From Paragordius varius (lineage: Eukaryota > Animalia > Nematomorpha): a stretch of DNA of 64,000 bases. The translations under genes and the position numbers were made by a program. How positions within the stretch are numbered: position 1 is the first letter of the stretch; every line of letters starts with the position of its first letter. The notes beneath the pieces are model-generated. The model saw only the letters and a program-made list of their open reading frames with translations, ran no database searches and was not told the origin of the DNA. The stretch covers positions 8,866,001 to 8,930,000 of the forward strand of contig OZ176053.1 of assembly GCA_964247055.1 (NCBI GenBank). The letters run 5' to 3'. Positions 13,034-23,269 of the stretch are shown here, one piece after another.

Positions 13034-14234
13034 TCTATATATTTATAAAAATGGAAAATGCTGGCTTTGTGATCTGGTACAGGAAAACAGGTAGAGCCAA
13101 TCAAATCCAAATATCGAAAAAATATAATCATTAATAAATGTCCCGACAATAGCTTCGCCCTTTTTTTGAAATAGGCCCCCAGTTCGGGCCCACCCCGTAT
13201 GAAAAACGAGTTTTTTTAAAAACAGAAGTCCACAAAATCGTGTTTTTGAGACAATTTTCCGGAGAGCGTGTTGGACCAAATTTCAAATATGATTTTTGTT
13301 TACTTATTTTCGATTGCGCCGAACATAGTTGAGTCACTTTTTTGATTTAGGCCCTCTTTTTACCCCTCCCCCCGTAAAATGCCATTTTTTCAAAAAACAA
13401 AGTCCACAAAAATAATTTTTTAAATCGATTTTTCGCCCTAGGTATGAGACCGTAAAAATTCAATAAAGATTCCACGTATTCCCTGTTAAAAAGCAAAAAT
13501 TTTAGTCCACCGTTTATATGATGATAGCTGCTGGGTAAGGAGCTACCCGCTAAAAACTGATTTTTCATATAACTTTGTGATCTGTTTCTGGAAAACCGGT
13601 GAAGCCATTCAAATCCAAACATCGAAAAAATTTAATCATTAATGAATGCCCCGACAATAGCTTCGCCCTTTTTTCGAATTAGGTCCCCAGTTTGGGCCCA
13701 CCCCGTGTGAAAAATGGGTTAAGTCAATTTTTTGGAGAACGTGTTGGACCATTCAATTTCAAATATGATTTTTGTTTACTTATTTTTGATCGCGCTGAAC
13801 ATAGTCGAGTCACTTTTTTGATTTAGGCCCTCTTTTTACCCGCTCCCCCCGTAAAATGCCATTTTTTTCAAAAAACAAAGTCCACAAAAATAATTTTCTA
13901 AATCGATTTTTCGCCCTAGGTATGAGACCGTAAAAATTCAATAAAGAATCCACGTATTCCCTGTTAAAAGGCAAAAATTTTAGTCCACCGTTTATTTGAT
14001 GATAGCTGCTGAGTAAGGAGTATCTATCATATGTATAGCATGTTAAAAGATATATGGATATTAAAACATTATTTATGGTAATCTATATATTTATAAAAAT
14101 AGAAAATGCTGGCTTTGTGATCTACAGGAAAAACGGTAGACCCATTCAAATCCAAACTTCGAACCCCCCCCCCCCCCTTCCCAGAAGTCCGAAGGACTTC
14201 CTCGGGCTGCGTAGCAGCACGAGATTCACGCTAG
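13034..14234 (+). mobile_element. Composite non-autonomous Helitron
   Basis: 5' A|TCTATATATTTATAAAAAT at 13034, about 500-bp internal tandem duplication, and a second 5' end at 14082. The 3' hairpin GCTGC-GTA-GCAGC is followed by CTAG|T at 14231-14235. Homologous to 19203-19805. Confidence 0.85.
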
Positions 14235-15048
14235 TGATGTTATATTTTTAAAAAAGAAAAAGAATTTATTTTGTATTGGTGTTTTGTATCATCGACATAA
14301 ATAAAATTCTCGGTATGTACCAATAAACATGTAAATGATAAATACTGCTCATTATGGGGCTCGCTTTGTTCTTCAGCTTGAGGGAAATTTCAAATACAAA
14401 AATATAAATTGATTATTCCAAAAAAATGTTATAATAAGTAATTCAGTCTTATATTTAAATCTAATAACTATTTGTTAATGTCCATATATTTTGCGAATGC
14501 GGCTCGTCAGATTTTTTGGTCCAATAGCAGCCTGCGAAGCCATTTGTGTTGGACATTCATGGTATTATAGATGTTATCACACATCGAAACACTGTATTTT
14601 ACCATTATTTTCTTCCAATTATATAATGATGATCGAATACCGCGTAAGTTGGTAAAAACACCTATATGAGACAGAATCGCCTTAGCATTAATTTTGATTT
14701 TTTTAATTGTCCAAAATTGAGTTAATTAGTTTTAGATTAATGCCGATTGACGGTGAAGTTATAACCAACATATAAATTTAGCTAGGACCTGATAAACAAA
14801 ACATATTTATTAATTTATAAAAAAATTACTAATATTGGACAAATAAACGAGTGGGTTAAAAAATCAAGCAAGCTTTCTTAATGTTAGATTAGTGCCACAA
14901 TTTCAATTTTGTTTGTATGGTATCTTTCGATTAATATCATCGTTCTTTATTGATTTTATCTATAAAATAAATGACAATGCTTCTCTTTTTATAATGCTGA
15001 AATAAAAATATTTATGCGCAATTATTTAATTAGGCAAAATAAAAAAAT

Positions 15049-15121
15049 TGCCGAAACCCGGGATTGAACCAGGGACCTTTAGATCTTCAGTCTAACGCTC
15101 TCCCAACTGAGCTATTTCGGC
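15049..15121 (-). tRNA. trnF-GAA: tRNA-Phe (GAA)
   Basis: Reverse complement GCCGAAATAGCTCAGTTGGGAGAGCGTTAGACTGAAGATCTAAAGGTCCCTGGTTCAATCCCGGGTTTCGGCA (73 nt): canonical eukaryotic tRNA-Phe cloverleaf, no intron, followed by an oligo-T Pol III terminator. Confidence 0.98.
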
Positions 15122-15770
15122 ACGTCTCTAGACTATATATTTGAATAATTTATATTTAGAAATCATTAAAATTAATTTATCATTGCAAGGTACTGATTGG
15201 TAAAACATTGATTTAAGGGCCAAAATTCGTCGCTATCATATGTGAAAGTGGCAATCCTATATACCCTTGTTTGAATAAATGTGTTTGAGTTTCATCATAT
15301 ATTTGTTGCTAAATTTAGCTAAATTTGATGAAACGTATAAAGCAAATTAATTAAAATGGTAAATCTAAATTGTTATAAATACATAATAACCGAAAGACAA
15401 AATTGAGTTTCTACGCACTACAGCTTATTGGTAATAGTAACTACTGACAAAACCTGGCATGAATTGACACATTTGATTGTTTTAATTAAATTAATTATCA
15501 TAGTGTTATATGACACCAAAATTTGGCTAACTTTCATTTGTTTAATAAAAAAAATTGGCTATCATTATCTACCCGTGAGCTAGTTGTACCCCATATTATT
15601 AATTATGAAAAGGAAATTTGTGCCAAATATTATTGATTTTATTGGTAAAACGTTCCAAAAAATGGTTGTAATATTGCATAATAAGTTGATCCAATAGTAA
15701 AAGTGTTTATCACAAAAATAATATGCTATTGATTATTATTATTATAGGGTAACCTTGCCCAAAACCTTGG

Positions 15771-15777
15771 TATATAA
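15771..15777 (+). promoter_or_regulatory. Candidate TATA box of microprotein gene 1
   Basis: TATATAA 83 nt upstream of the ATG at 15854, in a locally GC-enriched context (ggTATATAAgcgtgcgcgc). Confidence 0.55.
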
Positions 15778-15853
15778 GCGTGCGCGCTACTCTTTATTTC
15801 ATAAATTATTTTTATCTTTGAGTACATTCTAGTCAACCTCATTCAAACACATC

Positions 15854-16145
15854 ATGCCTAACCAAGCCGGTCAGTCTTTATTCTTATAATTATTTATATA
15901 TATTTTTGTGAGATTTTTATCTATCTAAATCTGTGGTTAAATGAAATAATTATCGTGTAACAGAATCACACGGACACGGAATGGGAGCCGCCGGAAAAAG
16001 CAGCAAAGCCGCTGGTGCTGGAGCTGCCGGAGCCGCCGGATCAGCTGGAGCTGCTCACCAACACGGATCTGCTGGATCCGCTGGTGCCGCAGGATCTGCC
16101 GGAAAGTGCCAAGCCAACGCTGGCAAAGCCTCACATAAAAACTAA
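15854..16145 (+). CDS. 65-aa Gly/Ala/Ser-rich microprotein (2 exons)
   Basis: Exons 15854-15869 and 15964-16145, with a 94-nt GTCAGT...ACAG intron, give MPNQAESHGHGMGAAGKSSKAAGAGAAGAAGSAGAAHQHGSAGSAGAAGSAGKCQANAGKASHKN*. Supported by GC-rich coding DNA in an AT-rich background, a TATA box and AATAAA at 16336 and 16355. Confidence 0.75.
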
Positions 16146-16481
16146 ATTTTTTGCCTTTTTTTTAGTTCTTTATTTTAACAAAAAAAGTTTTTAATTTAAT
16201 CTCACACTATACACACACACACCACTCACACATTAACATTACCCCTAACCTATGTGCTAACACGCATAATTGTATGCTTAATTGTAACTCTTTCCCCTCT
16301 CTTGTGTAAGTCCAAAAAATAATACCCAAAGTGTAAATAAATGTGTAAAAATTAAATAAATCGTAGTAATGTTCGATATTGAATACCATTTATTACATTA
16401 TTGCAAAAATTTTCACAAAGCTAATGTTAAATATTGTGTCAATGAGACAAATTCAATGGTCTATTCATTCCTTTTCCCATC

Positions 16482-16685
16482 TCATTTGGGTTTCGGCTTG
16501 GCAGCAGCCGCTGCTGGAGCTTGTTTTTGTTGAGCGGCTTGTTGCTTTGCCTTGTCATCCTAAAATATTTTTTTCACAAAATTTTATGTAGTAGATGAGT
16601 TATCAATTTGTATATGTATAGATAAGAGTATTATGAAATAAAGGAAAATAACTTTTTGTTGGGCTTTTCCTTGTTCTTTGGACAT
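16482..16685 (-). CDS. 36-aa Lys/Gln/Ala-rich microprotein (2 exons)
   Basis: Exons 16685-16653 and 16559-16482, with a 93-nt phase-0 GT...TTTTAG intron, give MSKEQGKAQQKDDKAKQQAAQQKQAPAAAAAKPKPK*. TATA box at 16771-16778; AATAAA on the minus strand at 16394-16389. Confidence 0.7.
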
Positions 16686-16770
16686 GATATTGGTTTTAAT
16701 GGATAGTTGTATGAATTTGTAAGTATTTGCTTAAAAGTATATTGAATAGTTTTTATGTACCTTAGATCTG

Positions 16771-16778
16771 TATATATA
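16771..16778 (-). promoter_or_regulatory. Candidate TATA box of microprotein gene 2
   Basis: TATATATA about 86 nt upstream of the ATG at 16685, next to a TTTTAGGC/GCCTAAAA inverted repeat at 16781-16808. Confidence 0.45.
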
Positions 16779-18159
16779 CTTTTTAGGCGACTTAATTGAG
16801 GCCTAAAACACTAATTTATTATATCGCCTAAGATACTAATTTATTTTAACTTGTAGTAAATTGTCTGGTTTGGTTATACAACCATAATTGTTTATATATA
16901 ATGCGCCTAATTGTTTAGCTAAATTTTGTATGTGACCTTGGATATTATATTTTTGTATCGTGACAATCACTTTTGCGCAGTAAATTTCTTTACAACTATT
17001 GATTTCTTATATTATTGATTTTATTTTTTTATATTAAATATATTATAGATAAAAGTAAAATTTTGTCCAATAATGATCATAGCCCATTTAATTACAAAAA
17101 ATTTAAGCAATTTTGTAAACTTGGGCAGCAACTTCATATGTATCTTGTAAAACTACATAATATAATTGATATTTTATTTAATGCTAAAATGGGTGTCATA
17201 GTTAATATATAATCTTTTTTTAATATCGTAATTAAAATATTCATAATCAATATTTGTTAAAAATTGTAATATAATATTAAAATATTTGTTTTGATTTGCA
17301 AATTAAGACTACCTAAAAAACATTCATTTTTTCAAACCCGTATATATCAATATGCGCCACACGGTTATTAAAATATATTTTGACCTTTTTGATATAAAAA
17401 TGGTTTAATTAAATATACCAATTGCATGCATGAAAATTATTAGACCCATAGATTAATTTTCTATTTCCAATGTATTAAATAATATAGTTAAAAATAATTA
17501 TATTTAGGCGTTTGTGTAGGCCGCTGTTTTTCCGAACATCGTTGGCGTGTATCCATCGCCAATAATTTAAGTTTCCCCAATTTTACAATGAATATCCAAA
17601 AATTTTAGGATGTAACTTCTTTTCTATAGTTTAATAAATTTAAAGTTACAAAAAATTTATAATTGCTTTGAATTTTCCATTTGAATATATAATTCAAAAA
17701 AACATAATTATGTTATACAATTATTTAGAATATCCAAAAATAATATAAAATCTTATTAGGTAGTGTTTTACCCCAGAGCAATGTAAAATTTGAATATCTA
17801 AAAAAAATATTTATGATATTGGGCCATTAAGAATATGCCTTCTTTAGCCTTTTAGGCGCATGATTCATAAAAGAAAGGCAAATAAGTGTATATTATGGTA
17901 AAAAATATAAGTAATCTTTAGAAAGCTTTATTACTTAAAAACAAAGAGTTATTAGATAAAACCAGCTGTCTGTTTTAGTCGTATTTTCAGGGTTATCATA
18001 TCCTGAACTTAAGAACTTGGAAAAGTAAAAATTTTAGCTATTTTATCTGAAAGAACAATGCTTGATAATTAATTTTTACGAAAACAACTTTGAGAACTGT
18101 AGTTAAAAACTATATACCCCAAAATGTAATCGTGTGCAAAAATGAAAAAATAGGCTTTA

Positions 18160-18391
18160 CAGCCAGGGTCGAACACGCGGTCCGCGAGAAATTTCAAACA
18201 TAAAATTTTACGAAACCTAAAAATATTTTCTTAAACAAATTTTTTCATATTCCGTTTGGCAATGAACTAGCAAAAAATGTTAAATAAATAGTTGTTTTAC
18301 AGTTTTAGGTCTAAAATTTAATAAAATATTTGTTATTCCCCATATAATCTCTAAATGCGGCTGGCGAATCCATTTGTGTTGGACACCCCTG
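18160..18391. mobile_element. hAT (Charlie-type) MITE remnant
   Basis: Ends resemble Charlie-type termini: cagggtcgaacacgcggtccgcg...gcggctggcgaatccatttgtgttggacacccctg. Related right-end fragment at about 14495-14558. Confidence 0.5.
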
Positions 18392-19202
18392 CTTTAAACA
18401 AAGATTAAGAATGCAAAATATTCAAAACTAATTATGTTATCCTATTTTCGATAAATTAATTTATACAACAACATTACTATATACCAAAATGATAAATGCG
18501 TATAAATAAAAAAAAATTTTATTTCTCTATTAGCCAAAAAAACATATTCTTTTCCCAGAGATACTAAAAATATAATTAAGAAAACGCGAAAATTATCAGT
18601 TAAACACAAGTTTTTTATTATAAATAATCATAATTTATTTATTGGATAGAGTTTGTTTTTAGAAATCACCCTCACTGCAATTTTACGCATTGCGTATGCG
18701 GTATTTAAATCACATTATCCCAATAGTTTTATAACAATCTTGATACGAAAGAATCAAGTTAATAAATGAGACAGCATATTTGATTAAACCCTTAAAATTG
18801 TTTTCTTATTTTTTAAGACAAACCAATGTATAAATGCACGACTCAATGTCGAATCATGGAGTTTTTATAACGGTGAATTCAGAAGTTTTGACTGTTTTTT
18901 ATTTTTCCAAAATCGTGGCGTTTAATGATTAGAAAACTGGATTACCCATTAATATAGTTAATTTTACACATATAAACACGTCGATCGGAAGTTTAAATTA
19001 GTCTCTACATCTATCACCTGAAAAATTTCGTTTTCTGAAAAAATACTAACTTACGATGTTTTGTAAAACTTCAATAATGGACAAAATAGGCAATCTTGAA
19101 TTGACCACCCCCCCTCGTCTCACTAATGTGAATCCTCCTAAATTTATATGATTTTAAAAATTTGTGAGATATAAAAGTATTTCTAACAGCTATTTTATGG
19201 AA

Positions 19203-19805
19203 TCTATATATTTATAAAAATAGAAAATGCTGGCTTTGTGATCTGGTACCGGAAAACCGGTAGACCCATTTAAATCCAAACTTCGAAAAAATATAATCAT
19301 AAATGAATGCCCCGACAATAGCTTCGCCCTTTTTTTGAAATAGGCCCCCAGTTCGGGCCCACCTCGTGTGAAAAATGGTTTTTTTTTGAAAACAGAAGTT
19401 TACAAAAATCGTGTCTTTGAGACAATTTTCCGGAGAACATGTTGGTCCATTCAATTTCAGATATGATTTTTATTTAGTTATTTCCGATTGCGCCGAACAT
19501 AGTCGTCTCGCTTTTTTAACTTTGGCCCTCTTTTTACCCGCTCCCCCCGTAAAATGCCACCTTTTTCAAAAAACAAAGTCCACAAAAATATTTTTTGAAT
19601 CTATTTTTCGCCCAAGTCAACAATATATTAGTATGAATGCTCCGTTTTAAAATTCCTATAAAATCATATCTATTAAATAATGTTTCGAAATAATCCACAT
19701 ATGTGGATCATTTTATTGTCCCGTTTTTCCAATAGCCCTCCCCCTCCCCTCACAGAAGTCGGAAGGACTTCCTCGGGCTGCGTAGCAGCACGAGACTCAC
19801 GCTAG
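19203..19805 (+). mobile_element. Non-autonomous Helitron, single-unit copy
   Basis: A|TCTATATATTTATAAAAAT ... GCTGCGTAGCAGC hairpin ... CTAG|T. High similarity to 13034-14234. Confidence 0.85.
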
Positions 19806-20388
19806 TATTTATATAAAGAATGAATAAATAACACGCAAGGGTGGATAATATTTTTCTATTGGAATTTGTTTGGATTTATTTGTATCATTTTTAATCCTTA
19901 TTTCAAAAAATATTTCATCCAGTCTCTCAGCGATGCGTGAAAAGGCGTTAGAAATAAACTATTTGTGAGGGTTTATTCCCTTAATAAGGATTTATTGAAC
20001 TATCTACTGGGAGACTCAATTAATTATATTCTGAATAAATATCCTTTTCAAAGTTTTTTTTTCTTACCATCTTTAAACATCAAAACTGTCATCTTCCTTT
20101 CTCAAGCCATTTCTATATTATAATTATTCCTTACTTAATCTTTCCTAATATATCGTCAGCTAAATTTTTACTTCTCCTTCTTCAAAAACTTTTTTCAGAT
20201 TTTCACCTCCAAGGTTCTATATTATACATGGTTGGTTGATTAACCGCACTTACATATAACCTTCTATAAATAAAATATATATAATTAACCATATACACTT
20301 TATTTTTTGAATCGTCTGTTTATGTAATACAAGGGCTTAATACTACACCTAAATACTACAATTTAGTCTTTTAAGTATTGTTCTAAAT

Positions 20389-21000
20389 CAGTGCTTCTTA
20401 AACTTTTGTAATTTTCGACCCCATTTATGATTGCGAGTTTCTTAACGAACCCAACAAATATAAAAAAAATAAATTAATATATTTTGATTATATATAGGTA
20501 ACAATATACATATGCATATGAAAATATATAAAGTTAATATTCGTTTTGAAACATATAAAAATCTTAAATTGAAATTTGTACAAAATATAGAAAGTTTTTA
20601 TTGTAGTTTTAAAAACAAAAGTGGATTCCGACAGTCCTCATTCTCTCGAATAAATCCAAGTAGTTGCGTGGTAAATATTAAATTAAAATTTACGTTAAAA
20701 AATTTTTGAGATGGATATGCCTGTTTTTTATGCATAACAAATCAAATCTTGGAGTAATGCTTGAAACTGCTGGACGTAAGACCTCTTCGACATTTTTTAT
20801 CGCTGAACAATATTAGGATTTAATGTGTTAAAGCTGAGAAAATAACTTCGCATAAATATGTGGTGTTGATTGGCAGAAGTACAATTAACGCCATATCGGC
20901 GATTGAATCTATTTCTAGCGCTTTAAAGTGATCTACATAAAACTTTTGCAATGAATTTTCTCAATTACAAAATTGTCGACACTGGAAAACATTTCGAACG
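20389..21000 (-). pseudogene. Decayed hAT (Buster/Charlie-like) transposase C-terminus with one terminal repeat
   Basis: The minus strand translates, with frameshifts, to ALIVLLPINTTYLCEVIFSAL and VEEVLRPAVSSITPRFDLLC, resembling the hAT C-terminal dimerisation region. CAGTGCTTCTTAAACTTTT terminus at 20389. Confidence 0.7.
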
Positions 21001-21449
21001 AATTTTTTTCGACCCTACTTTTCCAAATGCTGATCTTTTAAATAAAATTTCAATTTTATCGTTTGAAGTAAATATATCGCAATTTTTCTTTGATGAGACA
21101 AGTTAAGATAGTTTAACTTCGAAATAATATCTGGCAAATAACACAGCTTGGATAGCCACAAGTCATTTTAAAAACAGCTAATCCACATTTTCGTTCGGTT
21201 AAAAATATTTCGATCTCGTCCTTTAATAACAATAATTATTTCGGTTTTAAGAGATTGACAAAAATAAATCTACATATATAAGATATTATAATGATCGGAA
21301 TATAAATGATGGTATAAACAGTCTTTCCGAACCAAGATTTTATGATATATTTATCTACGATCATTGTTTTCTTTATAACAATAATTTTACAAGCTAAAAA
21401 ACATTTTTTTGTTAAATTGTATTTTATCACTCGCGACCCCATAATTACA

Positions 21450-21780
21450 ATGGGCCAAATTAAAAAATTTTCTTTCTTTAGCCCTTTAGGCACATGATAA
21501 AAATAATATTTTAAATAAAAAAAGTTGTAAAAAATTCTCATCTCAAATTTTTTCGCTGCCATTTTTTCTATAAATTTTTTAAATTGCTAATGCAAGAGGC
21601 ACATAAATGTATATTATGGTTAAAAAACGTAAATAATTAACTTTAAAAAGCTTTCAGGCTACATTTCACCAGCAAAAACTTAATATATTTTGATTCGATA
21701 TCAATTGTTTGTCTCAATCATGTTTTGTACCTGTCTCAATTTTGGACTCTTCACAAATCTTTAAAAAATACATGATAACA
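21450..21780. repeat. Dispersed repeat family (gggccaaatttaaaa...ctttagcc/ttaggcgcat)
   Basis: Related fragments at about 17820-17940, 22095/22670, 27100-27240, 45648-45676 and 61339-61400. Confidence 0.55.
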
Positions 21781-22107
21781 ATATTTGATAATTTAGTTTT
21801 AACTAAAACAACTTTCAAAATAGTGTATATTTACAAAATTGAGCTCTGGGATTAAAAATCCAATATGTAAACTAGGACTAAAAATTGAAGAAGTGTTAAA
21901 AAACTTGATATTTCTTTTTTATGGATACACCTTAAGGTAAAAATATCAACATGACATCTGTGCGTTAGCCGAATATACAAATAATGCAAACTTTTTCTTT
22001 TATATTAATGCTAGATTTCATTTAAACCTCCATGGCCTTTTGGAGTAGAAGAGCGATTTGAACGTGGAATATCCTAAATAGTATTAAAGGCATTAGGCCA
22101 AATTTAC

Positions 22108-22666
22108 CACTTGGATGCAACACAATCATTTCAGTCCTTAGATTCAAATTTGGGTAGTTAGATACCCCAGGCTTGTTTAAAATTTCATATTTTAAAGGTA
22201 TGGAATAAATTGAGACCATGGCAAAAGCTTGCACTTAAATAATATTAATGAACCGAAGGAAAAAAATTTATTCATAAATACTTGATATTACTTATTGAGA
22301 GGTAAAACCCAAAGATAAAAATTTAGGTAACATGACATGTGTGCATAAGTTATATAAAAATAATGCAACATATACCATTTTTTCTGTTTATATCATTGTT
22401 AAATGTGAATTAAAAAAAAGTAAATTTATTTTAGGCTTAAAAAACAAATAAACACGATATCTTGCAAAAATGATGTAATATAAAAATGGCATACTAGTAT
22501 TTGATACGGAACTTTTTTTCCAAAAAGTAAATTTTATTTAGATATTTTGGCTTTTAAATTTTTAGGATAGCAGTATAAATTTAAAATGGAACCGTTTCTT
22601 TAAGAAGATTTTAAAATATCTGCTAAATATTGTATGGGGTATTTAGATACTCTAATTTGGGAAGTG
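22108..22666. mobile_element. TTAA-flanked MITE, copy 2, nested in another repeat
   Basis: TTAC|CACTTGGAT...AAGTG|TTAA. Collinear with 9904-10473. The flanks rejoin to the empty site seen at 45648 and 61339. Confidence 0.8.
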
Positions 22667-23269
22667 TTAAAAAATGCTTTCTTTAGCACTTTAGGCGCAT
22701 AAAATCTTTTAAAAAAATAAAATTGTAAAACAATCCTTTCATTTTTCTAAAAATTTAATAAAAACGCCCACACTGAGTTCAAACGCGGGGTATGAAAAAT
22801 CTGATGAAATATATATTATCTGATAGGAAAATGTATCAGGATTATCATGGTGATTTTGGTTTTAGTTCTTACGAGTGATATAAGAAATGTATTTACTTTT
22901 TTGTTGTAAATGCTCCGCATCAAAAAATAGCAAAATTTGCGCACATTTTTTTATATAAATTTTTTTGGTGACAGCTAAATATCATTCCAAAATCACTAAA
23001 ATATATCATAAACTATCTAAAAAAAGCAAAACTATTTTAAAAATCTATTTATCTTTATCGTTTTATTTGGAGTTATTACATATTCCGAATCATAATTCTT
23101 ATTCCTTAGTTGTAAAGATGCGTATTTTATTTTTTTAATTTTTATTTATTGATTTTTTTATCCATTTTTTTGGTTCAATTTTTGGGTTTCATTTTTTGGT
23201 TAAATTTAAATATTAGTTACTATATATTTTAGTGTTTGTTTTTATATATTATTATTATTCTATTTATTG

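Noticed and set aside
13043-13622. Several 68-91 aa ORFs, and similar ones at 19212-19650
   Set aside because: They lie inside non-autonomous Helitron copies, are not conserved in frame between copies, and show no Rep/helicase motifs.
15937-16134. Arg/Gln/Leu-rich minus-strand ORF suggesting a protamine
   Set aside because: It is the antisense frame of the Gly/Ala microprotein. Splice sites, TATA box and poly(A) signals support the plus strand.
15964-16145. Minicollagen or cuticle collagen assignment for the Gly-X-X protein
   Set aside because: No signal peptide, no Pro in the repeat, no Cys-rich terminal domains, and the repeat is too short and interrupted.
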